Assembly: GCA_000997385.1 (NCBI GenBank)
Contig: LCBT01000003.1
Span: forward strand, 64,892-128,891
Origin: Candidatus Daviesbacteria bacterium GW2011_GWA1_41_61
Lineage (GTDB): Bacteria > Patescibacteriota > Microgenomatia > Daviesbacterales > UBA10151
Direction of reading: 5' to 3'
Length of the DNA stretch: 64,000 nucleotides
Shown piece after piece: positions 39,577 through 49,618 of this stretch. A program made the position numbers and the translations under genes. The notes beneath the pieces are model-generated. The model was not told where the DNA came from, ran no database searches, and saw only the letters and a program-made list of their open reading frames with translations. Every line of letters starts with the position of its first letter. Position 1 is the stretch's first letter.

Positions 39577-40698
39577 ATGGTTGAGAGTTATACTGACACT
39601 CCAATTTCATTGTCTCCAGTCATAAAAGCAGTCTCTGGTGGTTGTAACTTACGCTGTAATTACTGCTTTTATTCTGGTAATCAGCCAGAAATAAAAAGGA
39701 TGAGTGTTGACACCCTAGAAGCTCTTACTAAACATTTATTAGAGTCTCCATCGAAACATTTTAATTTTATTTGGCATGGCGGTGAGCCAATGCTATTAGG
39801 AATAGAATTTTATGAGAAAGCGTTAGAAGCACAAACGAGGTACAAAAGATCAGATCAAGATATCCGTAATTCTCTCCAAACGAATGCTACTCTTATCAAT
39901 CAGGGATGGGTAGACTTTTTTAAAAGAAATAGTTTTGGTGTAGGAGTAAGTATTGATGGTCCTGCTGAGCTTCATGATTTAGTGAGGGTACAGACCGATG
40001 GAAGGGGGTCTTATGATCAAGTGGTATCAGGAATCAATCAATTGAAGGCAGCTAATATTTCCTTTGGTGGGATAGCGGTCGTAAATAGGATAACTGTCAA
40101 CCATCCAGAGACTATGTTTGCTTTTATCAAAGATGGAGGAATACCAATGGCTTTAAATCGGTGTAATGCTAACACTGATGATCCGGAAGAGGTTAGAAAA
40201 TTAGCGGTTGGTCCAGCTGAGTATAACGCATTTTTATTAAAGATATTTGATCTATGGATCAATGAAAATAATCCAGCGATCAAAATCCGTCCTCTTGATG
40301 AATTAGTTAGGGCAACCTTAGGCTATCATACAGAGAGTTGTAGCTTTTTAGGCCAGTGCGAAAGATATTTTACAGTTGATTTTAATGGCGATGTGTATCC
40401 TTGTGATGAGTTCCTTAATGATAGGTATCTATTGGGGAATATTAAAAGACAGGCAGTAAATGAGCTTTGGCAAGGTGGGGATTTTAGAAGATACTATTTA
40501 GGAAGGCGTGGTGTAATTATTAACTGTGAGGGGTGTGAGTGGATGGATGTGTGCAATGGCGGATGTATAAGAGATTGGGAAGGATCTAAAGGTATGTTTA
40601 ACCCGAAAGAAATTAGCTTTTGTGAAGCAAAAAGGTCGTTATTTCAAACTATAAAATTAAGATTGTCAGAGTTGGGATATACTAGAGGTATAATCTAA
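39577..40698 (+). CDS. radical SAM/SPASM peptide maturase (anSME / cyclophane-synthase-like)
   Basis: CNLRCNYC, WHGGEP, QTNAT, SIDG; SPASM C..C...GDVYPC...CEGCEWMDVCNGGC...C. Confidence 0.92.
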   Translation: MVESYTDTPISLSPVIKAVSGGCNLRCNYCFYSGNQPEIKRMSVDTLEALTKHLLESPSKHFNFIWHGGEPMLLGIEFYEKALEAQTRYKRSDQDIRNSLQTNATLINQGWVDFFKRNSFGVGVSIDGPAELHDLVRVQTDGRGSYDQVVSGINQLKAANISFGGIAVVNRITVNHPETMFAFIKDGGIPMALNRCNANTDDPEEVRKLAVGPAEYNAFLLKIFDLWINENNPAIKIRPLDELVRATLGYHTESCSFLGQCERYFTVDFNGDVYPCDEFLNDRYLLGNIKRQAVNELWQGGDFRRYYLGRRGVIINCEGCEWMDVCNGGCIRDWEGSKGMFNPKEISFCEAKRSLFQTIKLRLSELGYTRGII

Positions 40699-40723
40699 TT
40701 ATAAAAGAAAGAAGGTGAAAAAT

Positions 40724-40957
40724 ATGCTAAGAGAAGCAGAAACGGCAGCATCTACTGACGCAGAAACATTAGATCTAACAGCTGTTGTACCTGTTGAACC
40801 GGTAGAGCGAAGTGTCAGAGAACCAAACTTGGTCATTGAAGAGGTGCTAAAAGGATCTAAGAAGCTTATTACACTTTGGTCGGGAGATCATAGCGATCAT
40901 GTAGATGTTAACTTTCCTTATGGTGACTATGCTGATAGATGGAGTGATAAAGCTTAA
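40724..40957 (+). CDS. putative RiPP precursor with repeated aromatic-x-Asp motifs
   Basis: 77 aa, acidic leader, core WSGDHSDHVDVNFPYGDYADRWSDKA; SD GAAGGTGA; 25 bp after the rSAM stop. Confidence 0.8.
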   Translation: MLREAETAASTDAETLDLTAVVPVEPVERSVREPNLVIEEVLKGSKKLITLWSGDHSDHVDVNFPYGDYADRWSDKA

Positions 40958-41046
40958 AACTTTATCAATATTATATAATCAGTATTAAAGTATTTAGCAT
41001 CTTAGGGTATTATATATTTTCATAAAACGGAAGTTTATTTTGAGTA

Positions 41047-42033
41047 ATGACTATTAAATTTCAGATTTCTGAAACAGCTAATTTTTGGCATTTTGTGTCA
41101 AACTTAGTTAGTTGGCATGATAGTGTCAGGCTCTATTATAGAGATTATTGGTTAGATCAAACAGGTGATTTTACAGAAATAGAGGAAAAATGTTTAGAAA
41201 AGTTGAAAGACTTTTTCAAAAAGTATACATATGGGGAGAATTACTGGGGCAAAGTTTTTTTACTAGGAAATAATAATGTTTGGGAAAAAGCCGGGCAAAA
41301 ATTTACTGCATCTGAGATTGAATTATTAAAAGAGGCTTCGGAAGTTTTTTACCGTCGTTTTAGAAAAATTTGGGATATTGATCAGCATTTATTGAAAGTT
41401 TGGAAAATACGTTTAGAAAAGACTAGTAAAAGGTTTGTGACAGAGTCCCTTATTCAGGATTTGGATGTATTTTTTAATTACAAACAACCCCTAAAAAGCG
41501 TCACAGTTTTTCTTCTAATGTGTGAGAAAAGAAATGATCCGGCAGGGGGAGGAGCAAATTTAGGTAAAGGATATCTTACTTTGGAGGTCTCAAGAGCTGA
41601 TTATGATGCTATAAGGCCAGCCTGGCTACTATTTTGGCATGAACTGACACACAACCTCTGGCAGGAAGATAGCTCTACCTACCAACAATTAAGAAGAGAC
41701 TTCTCTGATCAAATGAAGAATGAAGGTTTAGACGGGAAAATTCTGCAAATACCTACTTCCAGGATTATTAATGAGGTAGTGGTTGATTCACTTTTCCCTA
41801 AGGGTTATCTTGCCAAGAAACATTTCGACTTTCCAGTTGAGTTAATTTTTAATCGTTTCGGGGAAGGTTCTAAAAAGCGGTTTAAGGTGGAGGATTGGCA
41901 TTACTATTTTGCCTATACTTTAAAGGATTTAGCTAAAGATTATATAGAAAATGGGAAGGCTATTGATATGGATTTTTTTAAAGAGATAAAAAAACAATAC
42001 ATAAGATTTTCTAAAGATTTCAGGAGAAGCTAA
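41047..42033 (+). CDS. HExxH (gluzincin-like) metalloprotein
   Basis: GGGA, FWHELTH and downstream INE. Confidence 0.7.
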   Translation: MTIKFQISETANFWHFVSNLVSWHDSVRLYYRDYWLDQTGDFTEIEEKCLEKLKDFFKKYTYGENYWGKVFLLGNNNVWEKAGQKFTASEIELLKEASEVFYRRFRKIWDIDQHLLKVWKIRLEKTSKRFVTESLIQDLDVFFNYKQPLKSVTVFLLMCEKRNDPAGGGANLGKGYLTLEVSRADYDAIRPAWLLFWHELTHNLWQEDSSTYQQLRRDFSDQMKNEGLDGKILQIPTSRIINEVVVDSLFPKGYLAKKHFDFPVELIFNRFGEGSKKRFKVEDWHYYFAYTLKDLAKDYIENGKAIDMDFFKEIKKQYIRFSKDFRRS

Positions 42034-42227
42034 TAAATCTTTAAAATTTTAACTATCACTGGTCCTCCTGGGGAGAGGTATTCTATTTCTTCACCAACTT
42101 TATGGAAAAGGATAGCTTGAGCTAGGGGAGCTTGAGGTGAGATATAAGTTACATCTTTTTTTAAAGGTTGATCAGTTTTTAAGCGATACAAATTTTTAAA
42201 GCAACACAGAAGCAATTTATTATCCAT
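42030..42227 (-). pseudogene. GreA/GreB C-terminal fragment
   Basis: ISPQAPLAQAILFHKVGEEIEY..PGG...KILKI; N-terminal coiled coil absent. Confidence 0.65.
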
Positions 42228-42262
42228 GAAAAAAGTTTATCAACTGGGGAAGCATCTGTGAC

Positions 42263-42751
42263 ATGAAAGTAACAAGTGTTTATATAATTGTTCAAAATAA
42301 GTTAAACAAGATATTACTTTCTAAAAGAGCAGATATTCCTCTTTGGGTTCTTCCAGGTGGGCATGTAGAGGAAAATGAGCTAGCTGAAGTTGCTGCCTTA
42401 AGGGAGTTTCATGAAGAAACAGGTTTGAAGACAAGAATAAAAACAACTATAGCATGTTACAAAAATATAGGGAGTAGGAGTAGGAAATATCTCTTTTTAG
42501 GAGAACTAACTGGAGGGAAAAAAACTCTTTCAAACGAGACTGTTGCCTTAAAGTGGGTAGATCTAAACCACTTACCTTCCCCTATGACGATTTATGAAAG
42601 AAGGAAGATCGAGGACTTTATTAATTACAGAAACAAAATTATTATAAGGGAGGACAAAATTAATATGATAGGGGAAATTTTAAGCCAGATTAAAAATCCT
42701 ATTATATTCGGATATCTGCTTTATCGGTTAATAAAATTGTTAATTTTTTAA
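42263..42751 (+). CDS. NUDIX hydrolase (paralog of 37355-37843)
   Basis: KRADIPLWVLPGGHVEENE...REFHEETG. Confidence 0.9.
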   Translation: MKVTSVYIIVQNKLNKILLSKRADIPLWVLPGGHVEENELAEVAALREFHEETGLKTRIKTTIACYKNIGSRSRKYLFLGELTGGKKTLSNETVALKWVDLNHLPSPMTIYERRKIEDFINYRNKIIIREDKINMIGEILSQIKNPIIFGYLLYRLIKLLIF

Positions 42752-42782
42752 AAAAATACGTTTAAATTTAAAGTTTAAAAAT

Positions 42783-43148
42783 ATGAGTAATCATTGTCCG
42801 GAACGAATGTTAGAATACTATACTGCCGCACAAAATGCTTACAGTAATTGGGGTAGAGATCTAAAAAGACCTGCTCTATATGCTCTTCATAGTGGTTTTT
42901 TGCCAGAAGGACAAAATCTATCACATTTTTCTGTGCAAAACTACATGGAGATGGCTTTCTCTGATAAAGTTTTTGATCGAATTATTTTTTGTGAGAGTTT
43001 TTCCCATGCAACTAATAAGCCAAGGACGATATCGGAAGCGAGGAGGTTGTTAAAAAATGGCGGAATGATGATTATTGCTGACTGTTTTGTCAGTAGGGGG
43101 GATTTAACCAATGATCAACTATTACAAGTGAGGCGAATGGAGGTTTAG
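42783..43148 (+). pseudogene. class I SAM methyltransferase remnant (SAM-binding motif I deleted)
   Basis: FDRIIFCESFSH...RLLKNGG...IIAD present; no GxGxG motif. Confidence 0.6.
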
Positions 43149-43199
43149 TATATTATTTTGTGAGTGCAGAGAGAGTGTAATACACTTTTTAGCCAATTT

Positions 43200-43970
43200 A
43201 TGTTAACAGCTACTTTAGGAAGGTTAATTAAAGATCATAGATTAAGAAAAAGGCTTTCACAGCTGGAAATTTCTTTAAGGATAGGTTGGAGGGATACCAC
43301 CAGGTTATCTAAGATAGAGCAGGGAAGGGTGGGGAAACCTCTTAGGAAGACAGTAGATAAGATCATGGAGGCTCTAGATTTAAATAAGCAGGAAAGAGGA
43401 GAGTTTTTACTAGTTGGAGGATATCTACCCACAGATGAGGAAATTAAAAAGGTTATCAAACTGGTAAAAGAAAGAATAAACACTTGGCCTTACCCAGCCT
43501 ATTTGTTAGATTTCTCCTGGAGAGTTCTGTGTCTTAATCAACATACTATTGATATCTTTAAGTTACCTTCTGCTCTAAAGAGCATTTCTTTTAAAAAAGC
43601 TCCAAATCTACTGGAATTCCTTTTTTCTCCCAAGGAGGTTCTACCGGTTAAAATAGAAAAAGGTGATGATGACAAATCAGTCCAACCTTTCCCGATAGCA
43701 CAAGTTGCTCAATTTAAAGTAGAGCAAAATGGCAGGGATAATGAGAAGTGGTATAAAGATTTAATCAAAAAGTTGATGCAAAATGAGCAATTCCGTCAGG
43801 TTTGGCCCAAAGTAGATCCCAAACAGTATCACAAAAAGTTGTTAGATTATGAATATAAAGTAATTACTTGGCCAGACAAAAGTCACAAAACCTTTAGGTT
43901 TCATATTTTCACCTCCAGATTAATCCAAGACCAAAGGTTCCAGGTGGTATTATACCTCACAGCAGAGTAG
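43200..43970 (+). CDS. XRE-family HTH regulator with MmyB/PAS-like ligand-binding domain
   Basis: LSQLEIS...LSKIEQGR HTH; PAYLLDFSWRVLCLN and NLLEFLF (MmyB-like). Confidence 0.82.
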   Translation: MLTATLGRLIKDHRLRKRLSQLEISLRIGWRDTTRLSKIEQGRVGKPLRKTVDKIMEALDLNKQERGEFLLVGGYLPTDEEIKKVIKLVKERINTWPYPAYLLDFSWRVLCLNQHTIDIFKLPSALKSISFKKAPNLLEFLFSPKEVLPVKIEKGDDDKSVQPFPIAQVAQFKVEQNGRDNEKWYKDLIKKLMQNEQFRQVWPKVDPKQYHKKLLDYEYKVITWPDKSHKTFRFHIFTSRLIQDQRFQVVLYLTAE

Positions 43971-44115
43971 AGTATTAAAATTTAACGTCAAATATTTGAT
44001 AGAAGAATCTTGCTAAATCATTCAAGAGAGATAAAAGGGGATAAAATTCCCATTAAAATCTTAACACTCTATCATATAGGGACTATAAACATTTCAAGTG
44101 CTTAATGTATGTCTG

Positions 44116-45246
44116 TATACCCAACTAACTCCAGTTTGCAACTTTTAGGTGGAAATGAGTTGAAAACTATCAGTTAAAAGTGTACTCATCTCTTTCTGGT
44201 AAAGGTAGATGTTTTCAAAGAAGTTTAAACAGGATTCTTTGAATTTAGGGAAAGTGTCATAGTATTGGTTGTAGGTAACTTTCTGATGAAACAGTCTCCA
44301 TAACCTCTCAATCAAGTTTAAATTGGGTGAATATGGTGGCAGGAATTTAGGGATTAACCTTGGATGGTATCTTAGATAGTTTTGGACCTGTCTTGAGTAG
44401 TAATACCTGGCATTGTCCCAAATCAGATAAATCCTGCCTGTTGGGTGCTTTTCTAATAGTTGGTCCAGCAGATTGATGGTGGAAGTTGAGTTAATCCTTA
44501 AATCTTCCCTGATGATTACATCATGGGTTTTAGCATTTAAGGCCCCATTTAAGTTTAACCTGTCCCTGCCTGTATTAGACTTAATTAGTTTATCAGTCCC
44601 CTTTAGTATCCAACCATACGAAGGTCTGGTATTATGCTGGGGATGAGTTTGCATCCAGGAAGTAGATCTGGTCAGCTGCTTCTAACTGATTTTTAAGTTT
44701 TAAGTACTCATCTAAAAAGGCTCGCTGTTTGTCTAAATCAGCTTTGGCTGGTACAAGCTTGGGTTTCTTGTAGACAAAGCCTAACCTGTGGAGGAGTTTA
44801 GTCATACCAATAACTGAGTATTTAATGTGATATGTGGATTTAATATACCGGGCTACTTCTTTAGCTGTTAAGTAAATATGCTCACCTTCTGCTAAATGGT
44901 TTTTGAGTTCCAGCTCTTGGGTTTTGGTAAGTCTTGGATGACCACCAGTGTAGTGGAACTGCAATAATCCACTCAGTCCCTCTTGCTTAAAACTTTTAAC
45001 ATATCTCCTGATGGTTGTCTCGTCTAAAAGCAGTGCAGCAATTATCTGGGGATATGTGAAGCCTCTATGAACCATGAGTATGGCTTTGATTCTATCAGCC
45101 AACCTTTTGTCTCTTACCTGTTTATGTGCCTTTCTCAAAACCAGCACTTCTTCTTCAGTTAAAATTTCGGGCATTAACTATTATGGGATCACACTTTTAC
45201 CCTACTTGTCAAATTTTAGGTTGCAAACTCATTGAAGATTGGTATA
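44116..45246 (-). mobile_element. IS630-family insertion sequence; transposase split by a 1-nt frameshift
   Basis: ORFs 44632-45174 (HTH) and 44145-44654 (WDNARYY, LPPYSPNLNLIERLW); imperfect IRs TATACC...AGTTTGCAAC with TA ends. Confidence 0.88.
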
Positions 45247-45255
45247 TGTACTCCT

Positions 45256-45528
45256 TTAGGTACATACAATGACACAATTGCAGTTACAATTAAAACAGCC
45301 AGCATCACAATCACAGCTGCCTGCATAATCTATACCTCTATCTGTTCTTCCCAGTGCCTGGACGAATGGTTGAGTAAAAATAGATTCAAATTCCATAGTT
45401 CGTCTCTGACTTTGCAATTGGGTTTGTTCCGCTAACAGTTGGTTAGCTGCAAATTCATATTTTGGTGTTAACTGCTCATTTTGCAATTGGGCTTGTTCCA
45501 AAGATTCGTTCTCGACTTCCCGCAACAT
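45256..45528 (-). CDS. putative Cys-rich RiPP precursor
   Basis: 90 aa, Gln/Glu-rich leader, core GSCDCDAGCFNCNCNCVIVCT; SD AGGAGGTGA. Confidence 0.8.
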   Translation of the reverse strand: MLREVENESLEQAQLQNEQLTPKYEFAANQLLAEQTQLQSQRRTMEFESIFTQPFVQALGRTDRGIDYAGSCDCDAGCFNCNCNCVIVCT

Positions 45529-45564
45529 TAAAATCACCTCCTTCCGATATTATTATCTTAGCAT

Positions 45565-46287
45565 TTAGTTAATTTGCTTTATAACTTCTAGAAAATCCTT
45601 GTTGTAGACATGCCTAAATTTTTTATAAAAGATTATATTATTACATCTATCACCCAGTGACGACAGAAAATATAAAAGTTGAAGTTTGCCATATTTTTTA
45701 ATTAAGTAACTTACTGCTCTCCAACTGTGCCAATAGCCCTGTATAGATGGTTTGGCTACATTCTTACTCCATTGTTTTGATGTTCCTAGCAAGAAAATCG
45801 TCCGGGGGTTAAAATTGATACTAAAGTTACTAGCTAAGTTTATCTGGCCAGCAACAAAACAGGCCAAACCCTCATCAAACCATTGCGGTCTATAACCTTT
45901 ATGTATTGCACTGGTAAATAAGTGGGCAATCTCATGGCAAAGGATCTTTTTAAACTCATTTTTATTATGATTACTCACTTTCTCAAATACTTCCGGGCTA
46001 AATATACAAATCTGGCTTTGGGTCGATGGGTCAGCACGACCTACCAGCCAGGGTGGAGTTTTATGGCCAGATAGATCATCCATTTCTTGGCGTGTATATA
46101 ATAAAACCAAATCGACTCCATCAATTTCCCTTTTGAAGAACTTCACATTTCTTCTGTAACATTGCTGCAACATTTTTTTTACTTCACCTATAAAATTGTC
46201 ATCAAATGAATAATAGATTGTACCTTTGGCGGTAGTACTTAAGCTGAAAAGCTCTCTTTTTTTGTTTTTAATCATTAATTGTCTCAT
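45565..46287 (-). CDS. gluzincin (peptidase MA-like) metallopeptidase
   Basis: CHEIAH...PQWFDEGLA. Confidence 0.82.
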   Translation of the reverse strand: MRQLMIKNKKRELFSLSTTAKGTIYYSFDDNFIGEVKKMLQQCYRRNVKFFKREIDGVDLVLLYTRQEMDDLSGHKTPPWLVGRADPSTQSQICIFSPEVFEKVSNHNKNEFKKILCHEIAHLFTSAIHKGYRPQWFDEGLACFVAGQINLASNFSINFNPRTIFLLGTSKQWSKNVAKPSIQGYWHSWRAVSYLIKKYGKLQLLYFLSSLGDRCNNIIFYKKFRHVYNKDFLEVIKQIN

Positions 46288-47647
46288 TAACTGGTTGAAT
46301 AAAGCCTAGTTTGAATAGTCTAAAGAAAAATTCATTCGGGGCTTCTGTCAAACTAAATTGGTCTTGTATTTCCTTAATTGTAAACGGTCTCTCCCAAAAT
46401 CTTACTTCTTTTAAAGCGATATAACCTAACTTGTCAAGAAACAGGGAAGCTCTAGGACCGTTAGAGACAATACCTCCAAAATCCTCTGACCTAAATTTTA
46501 TCTTCTTCCCCAACACAAGTTTTCTATCCAGAAGATCCATAGGAGAAAAAGTCTCAGACTGATTTTGTGGCTGATTATAGACACCCTCTGGGCTTGTTGC
46601 CAAAGGATCCATACCATCAATCCCGTTACAATATTTTGCATTCATACGGCAACCGGCTCTACAGCTAGGAAAATATTCGCATTCAGATAAACATCCTTTT
46701 GGAATACGGGAACCGTCTCTCCAATCCGTCATTCTCTTCCAGATATCTTCAAGAGTTTCATTAAATATATTTCCATAAACTTCATCGGCGACAGTACAAG
46801 GCCTAACATTTCCTTCAGCGGAAATCGCACAAGTTGCAACTCCAGCAGCACACTTTCTCTCAATAAATTTTCGATAATACCCCCAATTCCCAAGAGCACA
46901 TAAGGGATATGAGATTAAGCTGTCGACATGCATTCCCTCCTCCGCTTCTAGAAACAATAAATCGTCTAACATTTTCTTATAATCTTCCTTATTCAAATCA
47001 ATTTCATCAAAGTTGATACCACCCATACATGGAGAAACTTTAGTTGCCGAAAATGAAGAGACTCCCTTACTTTTTACTAACCTACCAGTATCTAGCACTT
47101 GATCCTTATTTAAAGCGGAGACTACCATATTTGCAGTGATATCTAAGCCTTCTCCTACACAAATATCAATTCCTCTAACGGTTTGTTTAAAAGATCCTTT
47201 TCTTTGTGTTATCGTATCATGTAAGGTGCTATTACTTGCATGCAGAGAGGCAAGTATTGAGTCTACCCCGGAAATTTTTAATTCTCTGGCTAATTCAGGA
47301 GTTATTAGAGTTAGATTACTATTTATTGAGCATGCAATATCGTATTGTTTAGCTAATTTTATTCCTTCTAATAATTTTCTGCTTTTAAGTAACGGCTCTC
47401 CTCCTGTGAAGGTAAGTGCTATAATTTGATGCTGAGCAAGATACCTGATGGTGGTTTCAAGTCCAGTCAGGGATAAGGAGGAATTAGAGTAATCCTTATT
47501 CAAGTCCCGAAATTTGTCCCCCCTCCAGTAGTTGTAGCAATGTACGCAATAATTGTTACACCTAGAGGTTAACTCAATCTGAGCGTCAAGTGGCCCGCTA
47601 AGAGTTTTATACACATCTAGCGAGGGAACTAGAGGATTTCTTTCCAT
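46268..47647 (-). CDS. radical SAM/SPASM maturase with C-terminal RRE (PqqD/MftB-like)
   Basis: CNNYCVHC, TGGEP, CAAG...GNVRPC, CLSECEYFPSCRAGC; tail FRSEDFGG...LFKLGFI. Confidence 0.9.
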   Translation of the reverse strand: MERNPLVPSLDVYKTLSGPLDAQIELTSRCNNYCVHCYNYWRGDKFRDLNKDYSNSSLSLTGLETTIRYLAQHQIIALTFTGGEPLLKSRKLLEGIKLAKQYDIACSINSNLTLITPELARELKISGVDSILASLHASNSTLHDTITQRKGSFKQTVRGIDICVGEGLDITANMVVSALNKDQVLDTGRLVKSKGVSSFSATKVSPCMGGINFDEIDLNKEDYKKMLDDLLFLEAEEGMHVDSLISYPLCALGNWGYYRKFIERKCAAGVATCAISAEGNVRPCTVADEVYGNIFNETLEDIWKRMTDWRDGSRIPKGCLSECEYFPSCRAGCRMNAKYCNGIDGMDPLATSPEGVYNQPQNQSETFSPMDLLDRKLVLGKKIKFRSEDFGGIVSNGPRASLFLDKLGYIALKEVRFWERPFTIKEIQDQFSLTEAPNEFFFRLFKLGFIQPVNETIND

Positions 47648-47864
47648 AATCTTTTCCTGGGCTTCTACGCGAATACTATCATTAATAAATGGTACTGTCA
47701 AAAATTTTGGTTTAACACCAGCAGGGGACAATACCAGAAATTATCAGCAGCAATGAATGGTATTTGATAGTTGTATTTTGACAAACATGGAGATGTTATG
47801 TTATTAGTAAGGATGTAATTTAAGAAGGAAGAAAGAGTAGCTAATTTGATGTTAATTTAAAAAG

Positions 47865-49244
47865 ATGGGCATTGAAAACACTAAAGTAAATGTAGATAGC
47901 TTACCGAATGCCCCCAAACAGATATACAAAACTCTTTCCGCTCCAGTTACAGCTCAATGGGAATTAACAGATTGGTGTAACCAACGATGCTTCCATTGTT
48001 ATAATTATTGGCGAAATGATAATCCAGAAACTGTTGAGCCTTCCGATAGTGTGGGGCAGATTCATCATACAATAGCAAGGGAAATTGTGGCTAATCATGT
48101 TTTTAGCGTGACAATTACAGGTGGAGAACCACTACCTTTTATCAAAAAATATGCTGAGTCAATCGGATTACTCAGAGATGCAGACGTTGATTTAAAGGTT
48201 AATTCTAACTTAACTTTGTTTGACCGAGAGTATGGCCATATTCTTAAGGATTTGGGTATTACTTCGTTACTAACATCTGTAATATCTTATAACCCTAATA
48301 CTCACGATCGTTTATGCTGTAGTCCTGGAAGTCATAAAAAAATAAGCGATAATATCAGAAGAGCTTTGGATATGGGATTTAGAGTTAGCCCAAATATGGT
48401 TGTAAGTAAACTAAATTTAGGTGATATCGAGGGAACTGCAAAGTATGTAAAAAGCCTGGGACTAACTTCTTTCTTGGCAACCAAAGCGACTGCCCCTCCG
48501 AATTGTCCAGATTTTAGCCAATATTCATTATCACTAGAAGAATTAAAGATTATGTTTAATTTGTTGAAGAAAGCAGAAGCAGAGTATGGCGTATCTGTTG
48601 ATTCACTTGAGCCTTACCCTATGTGTCATTTTCAAGACCACGATCAATTAAAGGCCTTTGGGCAACGTGTTTGTGGGGCAGGTAAATCAATATGTACAAT
48701 TGGATTTGACGGAGCTGTAAGGCCTTGTTCTCACGCAGATCAAGTTAGTGGAATAATATCGGATCAAAACAGCTTTAAAGAGTTATGGTTGAAGCTACGG
48801 CCATGGCGTACTGATGAATATTTGCCTGAAGAATGTAGTAAATGTAGTATAAGAAATGTATGTTACGGTGGATGTAGAGTTGAAGCTTGCGTAGTTAATG
48901 GAGATTTAAAGTCTAGGAATCCCTATTGTGATCCAGAAAATATTCCAAATATTAACTCCTTGGAGCTAACATGGAAAAACGATGATGTTAAATTTAATCC
49001 GGGAAGTGCTTTCCAATTTAACCCACATTTAAAATATAGAGGGGAAGAGTTTGGGGGTATACTATTTTTATCTCCTAAAGCATGGGTGGGAGTTAATGAA
49101 TATATACTGACTTTCTACAAGAAAAGAAAAGACTCACCCTTTGTTGTTAAAGACTTATCTGATGATATTGGTGTTGAAAGAGGAAGTTTGGTTGAAACGA
49201 TGCATTTGTTATACAAAAAAAATATAATTGAAGAAAGGAGGTGA
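47865..49244 (+). CDS. radical SAM/SPASM maturase with C-terminal RRE (paralog of 46268-47647)
   Basis: CNQRCFHC, TGGEP, CGAG...GAVRPC, CSKCSIRNVCYGGC; tail YRGEEFGG...LYKKNII. Confidence 0.9.
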   Translation: MGIENTKVNVDSLPNAPKQIYKTLSAPVTAQWELTDWCNQRCFHCYNYWRNDNPETVEPSDSVGQIHHTIAREIVANHVFSVTITGGEPLPFIKKYAESIGLLRDADVDLKVNSNLTLFDREYGHILKDLGITSLLTSVISYNPNTHDRLCCSPGSHKKISDNIRRALDMGFRVSPNMVVSKLNLGDIEGTAKYVKSLGLTSFLATKATAPPNCPDFSQYSLSLEELKIMFNLLKKAEAEYGVSVDSLEPYPMCHFQDHDQLKAFGQRVCGAGKSICTIGFDGAVRPCSHADQVSGIISDQNSFKELWLKLRPWRTDEYLPEECSKCSIRNVCYGGCRVEACVVNGDLKSRNPYCDPENIPNINSLELTWKNDDVKFNPGSAFQFNPHLKYRGEEFGGILFLSPKAWVGVNEYILTFYKKRKDSPFVVKDLSDDIGVERGSLVETMHLLYKKNIIEERR

Positions 49245-49248
49245 TATT

Positions 49249-49464
49249 GTGAGCAAAGAAAACTCAGTTGGTTTATTAGATATACAAGTTGTTGCTGAGA
49301 GTGAGATGACTGCACCTAAGCAAGTGGATACCACTAAGGCTTATGGAATAGTTCCTATGTTTAATAATGTGGGTGGTGCGGTTGAAGGTGATATATTCCA
49401 GTATGATGATGGTGGTTGTTATGATGGCCCAGAATGCGATGAATGCGATCCTTCTCCGTTGTAA
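49249..49464 (+). CDS. putative Cys/Asp-rich RiPP precursor
   Basis: 71 aa from GTG after SD AGGAGGTGA; core QYDDGGCYDGPECDECDPSPL. Confidence 0.78.
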   Translation: MSKENSVGLLDIQVVAESEMTAPKQVDTTKAYGIVPMFNNVGGAVEGDIFQYDDGGCYDGPECDECDPSPL

Positions 49465-49504
49465 AAGGATTATTTTGGTCTATAGATTTCATCTATGGGA
49501 ATCG

Positions 49505-49538
49505 AAGCTCCGGGGGTTTAAACTCTCGGTTGCTTTTT
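49505..49538 (+). terminator. probable intrinsic terminator after the precursor
   Basis: CCGGGGGT-TTAA-ACTCTCGG stem-loop followed by a T-run. Confidence 0.5.
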
Positions 49539-49618
49539 AAAAGATTTTATCTGTGATAGAACTAGACTTGAGTTTTTCAATAGGTTAATCTGAGTTTAGG
49601 AGCAAATACAACTAATTA

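Noticed and set aside
39577-40698. Anaerobic sulfatase maturase function
   Set aside because: No sulfatase is nearby, and a patterned peptide follows immediately, so peptide maturase is preferred. Not formally excluded.
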